From Candidatus Thorarchaeota archaeon (GTDB taxonomy: Archaea > Asgardarchaeota > Thorarchaeia > Thorarchaeales > Thorarchaeaceae), in contig CAVSBO010000013.1 of NCBI GenBank assembly GCA_963726195.1, positions 1 to 64,000 on the forward strand: a stretch of 64,000 bases of DNA. The letters run 5' to 3'. The notes under the pieces were generated by a model that had not been told where the DNA came from, did not search any database, and saw only the letters and a program-made list of their open reading frames with translations. A program made the translations under genes and the position numbers. This document shows, piece after piece, positions 28,656 through 39,549 of this stretch; positions within the stretch are counted from its first letter, which is position 1; every line of letters begins with the position of its first letter.

Positions 28656-29015
28656 TTAAGCCATCCGTTGAGTCCTGCGAATATCATCTAGAACAGTTCG
28701 AGTCTGGGCATCGCCAATCATTTTGAACAGCTGCTCCAGATTTCCACAAGGATACTTGCTGCAAAAGGCACAATTCTCAAGGCGTTTGCTGCTGCAACAC
28801 TGCCGAACCGAGCAGACTGTGCATTGCTTGAAGAGCTTCCCGCCCTCAGATTTGCAGCCATCACATGCCACCTCTTCAGGGGTGACCGAATAGTCAGGTC
28901 CCGACCATCTTTGAGCAGTCCTAGTCCGCAGGGCATGGTCATCGGTCCTGAGCGCGACGTACGCAGGACACTCGGTGCAAAGTAGGCCGCAGTAGGCACG
29001 CATTTTCTTGGGCAT
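28656..29015 (-). CDS. DUF3795 Cys-rich protein
   Basis: YCGLLCTECP...CDGC...CAFCSKYPC. Confidence 0.85.
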   Translation of the reverse strand: MPKKMRAYCGLLCTECPAYVALRTDDHALRTRTAQRWSGPDYSVTPEEVACDGCKSEGGKLFKQCTVCSVRQCCSSKRLENCAFCSKYPCGNLEQLFKMIGDAQTRTVLDDIRRTQRMA

Positions 29016-29260
29016 TGCTTGTCTAATTCTCCCTGATGGACAAGAGGTAAACCAAGCGTGCTACCGAGCCCATTTGAGCCTATCTTGTGCACCAAGAGCT
29101 CGTCTTCCTATCCGTCTTTCGCTCTATGTGCCTCTGTCTTGAGGAATGAAATGCGGCGCTTTCATCGGTTCTCATTGGTCTCGTTTCAGGCAATCCTTTT
29201 ATTGGTTAGCTGGCATGCCCTTTTGCCATTTCATAGGCAGACCCCCGAAATACTCTGAAT

Positions 29261-29818
29261 GTGGTACCGATGTCCGAGCTCACGATGAAGGCTGCATGGG
29301 ACAAGGCCGCGGACTATGAGACGTTTCTCAAGTCCGCCAGAGAAAACGTTGAGCTGATGAGAGCCCGTTTTCATGACCTGATGCTTAATGAGGACGAGGA
29401 GGAGACCCTGAAGGGCATTCAGAACGAGATTAGGATTCTTGTAATGGGCACGGACCGCTGTAATGACACTGCTGGCAATCTTCCGGTGTTGGCACGTATC
29501 GTATCACTGGCACCGAAAGCCCAGCTCAGAGTACTTGACAGTGACAACAATGCACAGTTCCTCCAACAATACAAGGTGAATGGAAAGAGAAAGACACCAG
29601 TCGTCATCTTTCTGAGTTCTGATTATGAGGAGCTCTGCCGATGGATTGAACGACCCAACGCGGCGTACAGGATTATCAACGAAAAGACGAATCCCTCGGT
29701 TGACGACCGCAGGGCCGCACTCAAGAAGCTCTATAGCGATCCTGAGATTCTACGCCAAAGCCTCGGCGAGTTTGTAGACTTGCTTGTGCGCGCCGACCTA
29801 ATCCTAGGGCGTCGGTGA
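29261..29818 (+). CDS. Thioredoxin-fold protein (Thioredoxin_9-like, CxxT)
   Basis: ILVMGTDRCNDT, NGKRKTPV, WIERP. Confidence 0.8.
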   Translation: MVPMSELTMKAAWDKAADYETFLKSARENVELMRARFHDLMLNEDEEETLKGIQNEIRILVMGTDRCNDTAGNLPVLARIVSLAPKAQLRVLDSDNNAQFLQQYKVNGKRKTPVVIFLSSDYEELCRWIERPNAAYRIINEKTNPSVDDRRAALKKLYSDPEILRQSLGEFVDLLVRADLILGRR

Positions 29819-30468
29819 GAATGGAGAACCTGGGCAAGGCTGACTGGAACGACCGCGAGAGGGTCAAGAGGCTTGCGACCTCGTATGATCAGCGATATGG
29901 TGAAACCTTCTGGCGCACTCTGCTTAGACTGACCGGCACTGAGCGAAGAGAAACCGTTCTCGACTTAGGCTGTGGTCCCGGTCCGTTCTTGGCCGATGCA
30001 GCATCGCGATACAAGGCGAGACGGGTGATTGGCCTTGATGCGAGCGAGGCCATGCTTGAGCAAGCCCGCGCTTTTCTGGCTGGCAAACTGGAAGACAGGA
30101 ACATCATTCTTCAGGTTGTAGATTTCGACTCGTCGGGCGCCGGACTTGAACCAAGTACGATTGATCTGGCATTTTCGGGTTTCTTGCTTCACGAGATTCA
30201 GAACCCCGAGGGTCTCCTCGTTCAAGTCCATGAGTCGCTGAACTCGAAAGGAGTCTACGCAATCTACGACTATGTCTCTGGTGACTTGGCTGCCTTCATT
30301 GATTACATGAAAGGATCGGGGATGAGTGAGACTGAAGCCCGAAACAGGTACCCACACGTGTGCAAGTACAGTCTGACCCAATTCGAGAACATGCTTCATC
30401 GTGCTGGTTTTTCACATGTAAAGTCCTCATTGATTGATGCCCGTGCAGTATTGGTAGGACTAAAATAG
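29815..30468 (+). CDS. Class I SAM-dependent methyltransferase
   Basis: VLDLGCGPG, GLDAS, LHEI. Confidence 0.9.
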   Translation: MRMENLGKADWNDRERVKRLATSYDQRYGETFWRTLLRLTGTERRETVLDLGCGPGPFLADAASRYKARRVIGLDASEAMLEQARAFLAGKLEDRNIILQVVDFDSSGAGLEPSTIDLAFSGFLLHEIQNPEGLLVQVHESLNSKGVYAIYDYVSGDLAAFIDYMKGSGMSETEARNRYPHVCKYSLTQFENMLHRAGFSHVKSSLIDARAVLVGLK

Positions 30469-30497
30469 AATTAGTGAGACAACGTAGCACAGGTTAG

Positions 30498-30743
30498 GTG
30501 GTGAAGACAATGTCTGAGGACCGACGCAAATCGCCTTGGGCGCATGATGATTCCGAAGTGAAATGCCCTCGATGCGGCAGTGCCAATGTGTCTCGGGTTC
30601 TGGATACGTGGGCACTTTCAAGAGGCATTCAGATTTTCTCCTGTGCATCGTGCGGCAAGAAGTTCTATGAGCGCGGGATGGACGACTATGAACCAACCTA
30701 TGGCGAGGAAGATGGCACCAGAGGGGAAGCCCGTGAAGACTAA
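30498..30743 (+). CDS. Small zinc-ribbon protein
   Basis: CPRCGS...CASCGKKF, acidic tail. Confidence 0.75.
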   Translation: MVKTMSEDRRKSPWAHDDSEVKCPRCGSANVSRVLDTWALSRGIQIFSCASCGKKFYERGMDDYEPTYGEEDGTRGEARED

Positions 30744-30745
30744 AG

Positions 30746-31885
30746 GTGACTAGAACGAGCGCCGGACCAACAAGACTTCAGATGTTGCGTTATCCCTTTT
30801 CCGTGGAGGCCAGAGAAGTCTCACAGAGGCAAGCCCGTGACGTGGAGAGCCTTGTCACTCTACTGGAAACCGGAGGAAACGAGTATATCATTGAAGAAGC
30901 TGAGAATCGAGTTATAGCTGCCCTTGATCAGTCCGAGATTCCCTTGGTCAATCACAATGATGACCGAGACCTGCTAATCTATCCCACGTCGCGCATCCTC
31001 GTCGAGAAGATTGGTGATCCTCGTCTAAAGGAGTATCAGGCTGAGGCCGAATCAAAGGCTGTGAACAAGCACCTGGAGAATGAAAAGGATGACATCGTCT
31101 TGCATATCTGTAAGTCCTCCTTCGGTTGGCAAGTGGAGTCAACGGGAAAAGCTGTCCAGCGGGCGGGTCTTCCTCTGTGGCTCAGAACCTTTGGTTTTCG
31201 TATGAGGTTTGAGGACTTCCTGGAGGTAGCACCTGAGTTCCATCAGTCCCCTTGGAAACTCGTGAACAGATACTTGGATGCTGGCTGGTTACCAGTACAA
31301 GGTCTTGAGCTCAAGAGGCTCATGTCGGGCAAATTCAAGCAGCTCATTCTGACGAGCCGTCTTGAAGTACGCACCCTACCGGCAAGACTCACTGAAGCAG
31401 TGCAGCGCGTCGAGAGTGAGCTTCGCGGGAAAATCAAGATGACACAGCCTGTCAAGATTACAGAGAGCCTCATAACGGCCTTTCCTCCGTGCATAAGACA
31501 GATGCACGAGGACTCGGTACGCGGGAAGAACCTCCCTCACGAGGCAAGGTTCGCTCTGGCTGCCTTTCTCCTCAAGATAGGAATGAGTCAACAGGAGGTG
31601 TTGGGAGTGTTCAAGTCGTCACCGGATTTCATAAGCAGCCTAGCCGAATACCAGGTCCGGCACATCTCTTCGAAGTCGGCTGGAGAGGGCTACACACCTC
31701 CTGGATGCAGGAAGCTCCAAGGTAATGGTCTTTGTCCGGTGTACCAAGGAGTGGAGTACGACTCTCTGTGTGAATATGTCAAACACCCCTTAGGATTCTA
31801 CAAGACGCGCGCTTGGGAGATTACAAAGGGGATTGAGAGCCATTCATGGTATGCTGTCAAGAGAAAGAAGCAGCAGAGCTTCTGA
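30746..31885 (+). CDS. priL: DNA primase large subunit
   Basis: RYPF, FPPCI, HEARFALAAFL, YQVRHI, YTPPGC...C...C..KHPL. Confidence 0.95.
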   Translation: MTRTSAGPTRLQMLRYPFSVEAREVSQRQARDVESLVTLLETGGNEYIIEEAENRVIAALDQSEIPLVNHNDDRDLLIYPTSRILVEKIGDPRLKEYQAEAESKAVNKHLENEKDDIVLHICKSSFGWQVESTGKAVQRAGLPLWLRTFGFRMRFEDFLEVAPEFHQSPWKLVNRYLDAGWLPVQGLELKRLMSGKFKQLILTSRLEVRTLPARLTEAVQRVESELRGKIKMTQPVKITESLITAFPPCIRQMHEDSVRGKNLPHEARFALAAFLLKIGMSQQEVLGVFKSSPDFISSLAEYQVRHISSKSAGEGYTPPGCRKLQGNGLCPVYQGVEYDSLCEYVKHPLGFYKTRAWEITKGIESHSWYAVKRKKQQSF

Positions 31886-31890
31886 GGGTC

Positions 31891-32796
31891 TCACTTTTTG
31901 GGCTTCTTTCCGCCTGTGCGAGTGTAGTAGTACAGATACTCCTGAGCATAACCTGCGTATCTGCCGAAGTAGTCCCTTGCGGCTCTTGACTTCTTGCCGT
32001 ATGACTTTCCTACTTCCGTGAATAGTCCGTAATGCTCTTGGATAACGCGTTCCATCCACACGTCAATCGGGAATGCTTCTAGGAATCCAAGCGAAAAAAG
32101 GCACACACAGTCGGAGACCTTGTCCCCAACACCGTGAAGAATCTTCAGTTCTTCATGGGCGTTGTCATACCCCATTTTGACTAGCTCTTCGGGCTTGATA
32201 TCGCCAGCAAGAATGGACGAGGTGGATCTGGCAATGAACGCAGCACGCCAATCAAGGCCGAGAGTCTTGAGTTCGTCAACGGTGACCCTCGATAGCTGCT
32301 CGGGTGTCGGGAATCCATGGTACTCACGTCCTCTGAACTGATATTTGGGACCGTAACGATCTCTTATGCGCTGTACCATTCTGTGGATGTTTGGGATGTT
32401 ATTGCGGATAGAGCACAGGAAAGAGACCAGGCATGGATAGAATGGGTCTCGGGCTATTCGAATGCCCGGAGCAAACATGATGCTTTTCTTCATGAGTTCA
32501 TCCTTAGTGATTTCCTGCTGTATCTCATGAATCGGATCACTGAGTCCAAGCAGTCTGCCGATGTCGATATCGTCAACCGAGGTCTCATACTGGAGGGTGT
32601 TTCCTTTCTGCACTACATAGATGGCTTGTCCGATATCTGCGTTGACGTACCCTTCGCCCTCTCTGGTCCAGCAGAACGTTTGCCCACATTCGAGAGTATC
32701 GGTCAAGTCAAAGTCGGCAACTGCGACGGTTCTCACAAGCCCATGCGTGACTTGATACCAAAGAAGAGCATTCCGATATTGCTTGTCCTTGGACAA
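31891..32796 (-). CDS. ogg: 8-oxoguanine DNA glycosylase (OGG1-type)
   Basis: TLECGQTF, FPTPEQL, GVGDKVSDC, FPIDVW, YAGYAQEYLY. Confidence 0.9.
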   Translation of the reverse strand: MSKDKQYRNALLWYQVTHGLVRTVAVADFDLTDTLECGQTFCWTREGEGYVNADIGQAIYVVQKGNTLQYETSVDDIDIGRLLGLSDPIHEIQQEITKDELMKKSIMFAPGIRIARDPFYPCLVSFLCSIRNNIPNIHRMVQRIRDRYGPKYQFRGREYHGFPTPEQLSRVTVDELKTLGLDWRAAFIARSTSSILAGDIKPEELVKMGYDNAHEELKILHGVGDKVSDCVCLFSLGFLEAFPIDVWMERVIQEHYGLFTEVGKSYGKKSRAARDYFGRYAGYAQEYLYYYTRTGGKKPKK

Positions 32797-32899
32797 TCCT
32801 CATATTCAGAGCAAGTTGAAGGCATATGTGGCGATGATGATATACCTATTAGTGATTGAGGAAGGATGAACGACCCTAGGGTATCTGAGCCATGCTGTT

Positions 32900-34973
32900 T
32901 CAAGCCATGTTATGTTTGCTACCTGCCGGGGTTTCAGGCGCCGTGCTTGATTGTACCTGAACAACTGTTCCATCCCGCTTGTAGGCTCTTTGCTTGAGAA
33001 AGGCGTACACGACAAATAGCATGGCCGTGGTCAAGAGCGCAGCAGGAGCAACAGTCACTATCCAGTGTTCTCTAGGATTCCAGTCAATGCCATCGGGGAT
33101 TCCATCAAAGTCAGTATCGGGATTTGTAGGTGAAAGACAGTACTCCACCTCATACGCATCACTCAACCCGTCCCCGTCCGTATCGTTGCTCTTGGGGTTT
33201 AGTCCGTTGACCACTTCAAACATGTCACTCAACCCGTCTTTGTCCGTATCTGGCGAAAGAGGGTTGAGCCCAAGTGCGACTTCAACACCGTCGGGGAGTC
33301 CATCAGCGTCGGTATCGGCAATCAGCGGGTTTGTATGGTAAACATTCACTTCGAGCCCATCGTCAAGCCCATCACCGTCGGTATCACGCTTCGTGGGGTC
33401 TGTTTCCAAAATCATCTCAACCCCATCCGATAATCCGTCTCCATCGGTATCAGCGACCAAAGGATTGGATCCGTGCTTGGCCTCCCAACCGTCAGGGGCA
33501 CTGTCTCCGTCGGTATCAGGATTGGTCGGATTTGTGCCCATGCTGAGTTCGACATCGTCGGTCAGGCCATCCTGGTCCGTGTCAGCAGAGTATGGGCTTG
33601 TACCTTGGCTGTTCTCGAAGGTGTCTGATAATCCGTCAGCGTCAATATCATTCAGGAAAGTTGTAGTGACCTTGACTAACGCGGATCCTGCACCGATGTT
33701 ACTGATACTGAGATTGAATGGGCCAAAATACCTCGAGAGGTATCTAACAACGATAACGCCACTGTTCCCAGTGCGTTGATACAGAATACGGTGAGAGTAC
33801 GCATCAGCAATGGTGGAAACGATTGTCGTGTTTCCAGTCCAACTGACTGTCGCATTCACGAAACCATTGAACGTAAAGGTGAGCAGCTCCGAGATATTGC
33901 CCAGAGGGGTCAACGGGCTAGTCATATAGAACGACGCAGCACTCTCGCCAAGCATACCGATGTAGGCAACAACACAGGCCGCACAAGCGGCTATTTCTCT
34001 CGCCTTGTCATAGCTATACTCGCCGTTGCTCCATACATCGTTGGACGTATCGCGAATTGTGTCATACCAATATCCCTGCGACACATGGATTGCAGGTCGT
34101 CCTGCCTGCCAGAGCTCATATGCCATGGATTTCTGAGCGACTCCGTGGTCGGTAGCATACTGCACTCTACCAGCTCCTCTTGAGGCAGATAGCTCCATCA
34201 AGAGATCTCGAATCCAGTATGATTGTTGGTACTTGCTGGTACCCGAGTAGCTCCTGAGCATTATCTCTGTCCCGTAGAGGAAACCGATGTCGTCGAAAAG
34301 TATCCGTTCAAAAGACAGCGATGTGACAGTCACCGTCTTTGTCTGGTTCAGCCAAGAAACGAAAGCTTTCGCTCCGGTGTCCGTTGTGGGGTTGTTCGTG
34401 TCTCTATTTGTCAGCACATAGTAGACGTCGCAGTACAGCGTGTAATTCTGAAGTACTCGTGCAATTTCGAGAACAGCAGCCACACTCGAGCCGACATCAT
34501 TGGCACCGGGTGTTGGTCCTGAACTGATTACACCGGTGACGAGAATTGCCTGTCTAGGAGAAGGCCCCATGCCGCTCTTAATCGCGAGAAGCACCTTGTG
34601 GTCTGTCACTTGATGGAAAGCAAGCTGCCCTCCTGTATTGTTCTTCAGGGTCCCATTGGCCCATGCCCATGCATTCTGAAGAGGCACCGATGGGGTTTCA
34701 TCCAGTTCATTCCATGTTCTTCCAGGATAGTTTTGAGAACAGGTTCCGAGTATAGTTCAGTAGACTCTGTGTTGAAGCTGCATTCCATATGTCGCCCCAT
34801 AGATTGGTCGCATTGAAATCCGCAGATGGGTTGAGGTTGGCAGAATTCTGGACTTTGACGGGCTCGCTGGACACTGGGGCTGCCGAGACAGAAACACGTT
34901 GTCCGCTTCCACAGGAGCAAGCCAGTAGGTAAAAGATAAGGACCAATGCTGCGATAATCCGTAGTCGATTCAT
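32900..34973 (-). CDS. Secreted M28-peptidase-like protein with Asp-rich TSP3-like repeats and C-terminal TM (+1 frameshift ~34735)
   Basis: GANDVGSSVAAVLEIARVL; ~10 DTDxDGLxDxxE repeats. Confidence 0.8.
33080..33655 (-). repeat. ~10 x ~57-bp coding repeats (DTDGDGLSD..E...GTNP)
   Basis: Visible ~19-aa periodicity in translation. Confidence 0.85.
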
Positions 34974-35207
34974 GATATCCAGTGCTTCCTCTGTTCACTT
35001 TCCACACTCAATTGGCAATGCAGTATCCTGGGCACTCTTCATTATGAATGAGAACGATGAATTCAGTCCGTGTTCGTGGTGGAAGCTGGAATGTCATCTC
35101 GGCCGGGACCCGCGTCATGGGTTGGAGGGCCCGTTGAAATGGCTGTTATACTTTGCGAAGGCACGGCTTGTCAGGTGTCTAGTCCTGCTGCATCAGCGAT
35201 TTCCAGT

Positions 35208-35708
35208 TCAGATCTCAAGCGTCGATATGTCGGCTGATTGTTTCATTACTATTTCAGTGAGCTTCTCAATGTCGTTGATTCTGAGGACTGGCTTTCTCGC
35301 GCTCTTCAGGTCAATGGTCGACTCAGCCCAAGTAACAATGGCAACAGCCGTCGGGGGTATTTCTCTGGAGTCGACAGGTCTGCTTCCGACACACCAAACC
35401 TTCGGCAGATGTTCCTCTTTGAATCCCTCAATCAGGAGAAAGTCGATGTTCTGTCCTTTCAAAATGTCTTTCAGCCTTCGTCTTGTCGAGTATCTCACAC
35501 TCGTAGAGTGGGGTCCGAGAAGAATCACAGGGTCTGCTCCGGCCTTCTCGTGCCGCCCTGAGTCTGTGCCCTCTGGGCTCGAATGGTCCTCCTTAGAGCT
35601 CTTGACTGTTGCAACTGAATAGCCCTTTGACTTGAGAGCTTTCACGAGCTGCTCCATGAGCGTGGTCTTGCCTGTCCCCGAAAGCCCTGAGATTCCAAAC
35701 ACACGCAT
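35208..35708 (-). CDS. mobB: Molybdopterin-guanine dinucleotide biosynthesis protein B
   Basis: GLSGTGKTT, VATVK, EGTDS, LIEGFK. Confidence 0.85.
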   Translation of the reverse strand: MRVFGISGLSGTGKTTLMEQLVKALKSKGYSVATVKSSKEDHSSPEGTDSGRHEKAGADPVILLGPHSTSVRYSTRRRLKDILKGQNIDFLLIEGFKEEHLPKVWCVGSRPVDSREIPPTAVAIVTWAESTIDLKSARKPVLRINDIEKLTEIVMKQSADISTLEI

Positions 35709-35865
35709 GTTGATTCAACCATGGGATTCTATTCTTGCTTTTGTCGTCTTCTGTTCACTGTAGACGTGAACAGTGAGAGTCTAGGATGGACCGACCTCCT
35801 GTTCTGGTGGCTTTTGCTCCAGTAGCAACCTTAAAAATCGGGTCAGTTCTCGGGCGGCTTGGAGA

Positions 35866-36645
35866 GTGCCTTTGGCCATCGAGAATAGCATAGCAGTGGA
35901 GTGTCGTGACCTGCACAGGGATTTTCAGGACGGTCCTCGGGTAATCCACGTGCTGAGAGGAACGAATCTGACCGTTCGCAGGGGCGAGTTTGTTGCAATA
36001 GTGGGCGCGTCAGGTTCCGGCAAGACCACTCTTCTGAACCTTATCGGCGGTCTTGATACTCCTACCAGCGGCACTATTCTCGTCGATGGCATTGACATAA
36101 CTTCTCTGCAGGACGAAGAGATCTCGAAGGTCAGGCGGAATAAGGTCGGAGTGCTCTTTCAGGACCAGCATTTGCTTCCCATATTCACTGCTCTGGAAAA
36201 CGTCGAGGTTCCTATGCTCTTGAACGAAGTGAGAGCCGAAAAACGCTACGAACGCGGTATGGAACTGCTGAAGGCAGTCGGCGTAGATCATAGGGCACAC
36301 CACATGCCGCATGAATTGTCGGGAGGCATGCGTTCCCGTGTAGCGCTGGCGCGTGCACTGGCAAACAGTCCTGCTGTGCTTCTGTGCGATGAACCGACAG
36401 GTGACCTCGATCACAAGACTGGCAGCGAGATAATCAAGCTCATGAAGGATCTCGCGAAGCAAGAGGGACGTGCGGTCATTGTTGTGACGCATGATCCTGA
36501 GGTCGCGAAAATGGCTGACAAGATTCTGCTTCTGCGTGACGGTGTCCTTGTAGAGGAACTTGTCAGTGCCTTCTTCAAGCCTAGCGGAGTGGACGTTGAT
36601 GCTTTGCGCCGGCAGGGCCCGAGTGACGATTCCTCTGCCGCCTAG
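35866..36645 (+). CDS. ABC ATP-binding protein (LolD/MacB-like)
   Basis: GASGSGKTT, LSGG, CDEPTGDLD, VTHD. Confidence 0.95.
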   Translation: MPLAIENSIAVECRDLHRDFQDGPRVIHVLRGTNLTVRRGEFVAIVGASGSGKTTLLNLIGGLDTPTSGTILVDGIDITSLQDEEISKVRRNKVGVLFQDQHLLPIFTALENVEVPMLLNEVRAEKRYERGMELLKAVGVDHRAHHMPHELSGGMRSRVALARALANSPAVLLCDEPTGDLDHKTGSEIIKLMKDLAKQEGRAVIVVTHDPEVAKMADKILLLRDGVLVEELVSAFFKPSGVDVDALRRQGPSDDSSAA

Positions 36646-36647
36646 GG

Positions 36648-39549
36648 GTGACGACTCTGGCCGAACATACAAGCGACAAGACTAATCTGCCCAAAGGTAA
36701 TCGTGCCTATCCTATCTCGTATGCTCTCCGCACGATGAGAGCGTATCCCTTCAGAGCTCTAAGTTTGGCGTTCACACTGAGTCTCGGGTTGTCGCTCATT
36801 GGTTCGGTGATGGTCTGGGCCGATACTGGAGTTCAGGTGAGCGTGAATTCCTATTTTGACCAGACAACATTCCAGATGCTCGTGCATAACCCGCCAGGGA
36901 TGACTGAGGCAGTCAACCTTGCCGAGAGCTATGCAAAGGAAAGCTCTCTCGTCGAAAGCACTGACCGAGTCTGCTCGACTGTGGGCCTCGTATTCGGGAC
37001 TAAGCTGCCTAACAGCGCTATCTATGGTCTTGATGAACCAGTATACACGCAGGGCATCAAAGATTGCGAGGTTGTCTTTGTCACAAACAATCTCCTTCAG
37101 CTCATGCAGCGTGACTTTCGCGTTCAGGGAGCATTCGAACTGAAGGAGGGCGAGGTCCTTGTCTCGATGCAATTCATAAACTACGTTTACGAAGTGTTTC
37201 ACCAGACCATTACAATAAACTCAACCATTGATATCGAGCTTCTGACCATACGTCCACAGACAAACTCTGGACCCATCGGTGAGCTTGGACGAACAAGCCT
37301 GAATTCTCTCGTGGTCGCAGGAATCTATGAACTTCAGAGCAGCGGTTCTATCATTGAGCAAGGCTTTCCATATCGAATGCGGTCGAACTACAATTACGTG
37401 AATTATGACACCGCGGTCCTTGGCATATTGGACAGCGTGATGGTCCTGTCAAGTTACACCAACATGAACACAATATCTGAGACCGGTTTCTTTGGTGCTC
37501 GGAGTTTCATTCGCGCATCAGCATCTGCCTTGATCACGGCGGGACCGGACAAGATTGCAGAGAACCTTCTTTCATTGAAATCGCGCATGCAAGAACGATT
37601 TGATGTGAGCATAGAAGGCCTCGGAGAGATACTTCACGTTCAGGACTTAGTCAATGCATATGTTTCATCGATGCCTCTATCGTTTCTCAATCTGCCAGTC
37701 TTCATCCTAGCATTATTCCTCTCTGTGTTCGCGGGCAGATACCTTCATGTCTGCGAGAGTCACGGAGGTAGGTGCGCTAAGGTCGAAGGGTGCCAACTCT
37801 GCACAGATCTATGGCGTGTTCATCTCAGAGTCCGTCTTCATGTCTCTGCTTAGTATAGTCGTTGGATTGGCAATGAGCATCCTGCTTGCACCACTGATAC
37901 CAAGCGCCCAAGGTTTTCTCGTCTTCGATTGGCAACGTTACGGTTTCTTCCTCTCCAAGACCGTACTCAAGCCGCAGGCGGTGGGATACTCGATTCTCGT
38001 GTGTATTGTGCCTCCGCTCCTGCTCATTCTGTATTCCGCAAGAAAAGCGGCACGCACAGAGATTGGGTCCGCTATGATAGAGTCATCCGAGCCGATAAGC
38101 CAACAAGGAGAAGCATATGGATTCACTCTGGGCGCGTCGCTGATTCTTTTAGCAATGGTTCTCGTGGCTGCAGTACTCTTTCCGCCACAGCCCATAATTC
38201 TGATACTAGAATTGACACTCGGTACCGCATCTTGGTTCTTCATGGCCTACAATGGTTCGAGGGCATTCAGAATGGGATTCGCCCGACTCTCTTCCAAGCT
38301 CACTTTTCTGTTGGGTGAGAAGAACCTTATTGCAGCAGGCAATCTTCGAATGCGGAAGGGGCAAGTTGTGCCTCTCATGGTCGTCCTAGTACTCACGCTC
38401 TCCTCAACGATTGCATTCACAGTGCAGGCACAGAGTTTTCACGCTGACCTACTGAAAGAGACAGACTATGCCATCGGGGCCGATTTGCGTATCTCCTGCG
38501 CTCCTAGACCCTTCAACTTCAGCAACGCGGTTGAAGGATATCCCGGCGTGGCCAAAGTCATGCCTGTCCTTCAAACATGGGGAAAGGTTGGGGGTGACAG
38601 AATCACAATCGAAGCACTCGATCCACTCAACTACTCGGTAATCGGTCATTTCGACCCCACAAGCTTTGGTGCAGAGAGCGCTACTGCTGTTCTCTCTACT
38701 CTCGCGCATACCAACAATGGGCTGATCATAAGCGAGTATCACGCTAATCGTTGGAACAAAACTATCGGGGACAACGTGACCATCGAGATAGGCACCAGAT
38801 TGGCTTCCGTTTTGGTGACCCTGACGATCGTGGGGTACGTCCGCAGCGCTCCCGGTTTCGGGTATGCCTCAAGTTCCTACGCGACAGGCATGAGCTTGGC
38901 GGATGCCTTTGGTTTCCAAGCAGGCTTCTCCGGGTTTGGTATAGCGAATATTGGGTACATGGCATCCATTACTCAGAAGTTGACCACCAGTCTCTTTCTA
39001 GGCAATCTTGTGTGTACAACCGACCAAAGCTATCTACTTGGAGCGCTTGATAGCATTCCGGGGCTCTCTGCCATAACACCGGAGACATTCAACCTGAGTC
39101 AGTGGTCTTTTTCTGCCACTCTGTTCCTGAGCACAGTTGAGGGCTTGTTCTCGACAGGTTTCGCAATGTCTCTAGTGCTCAGCATATTCGCAGTAACGCT
39201 GTTTCTGGGTTCAGTTGTTAGAGAGCGAAGACGTGATTATGCAATCCTGCGAGCAGTCGGTGGTTCAAAGAGCCAAGTCGTGACAACGGTATTCTCTGAG
39301 TTTACCGGGATTGTGCTTGCTTCTGTTGCATTGAGTCTGGTCCTCGGCTCTCTCTTCGGATATGTAATGAGCATCTTGGTCTTCTCCGCCAGTCCTTTCA
39401 CCAGAGTTCTGCCTGCGGTGCTAACCTTCCCAATCGGTTTCTTGACTATGGTGCTCTTGGGTGAGTTCCTGGCCATGTCTGCAGGATCGTATTTGCCAGC
39501 TCGAGAGGCCGCGAAGACTGATCCGGCTATCGTGCTCAGGAATCTGTAG
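36648..39549 (+). CDS. FtsX/MacB-type double permease (+1 frameshift ~37735)
   Basis: EVGALRSKGA, AIGADLRI, DYAILRAVG, DPAIVLRNL. Confidence 0.85.

Noticed and set aside
33080-33655. Periodic repeats resembling a CRISPR array
   Set aside because: Degenerate in-frame coding repeats (TSP3-like) with no unique spacers.
24873-36672. Long antisense or overlapping ORFs (24873-25589, 27133-27969, 34972-35622, 36010-36672)
   Set aside because: Shadows of well-supported genes on the opposite strand, with no recognisable motifs.
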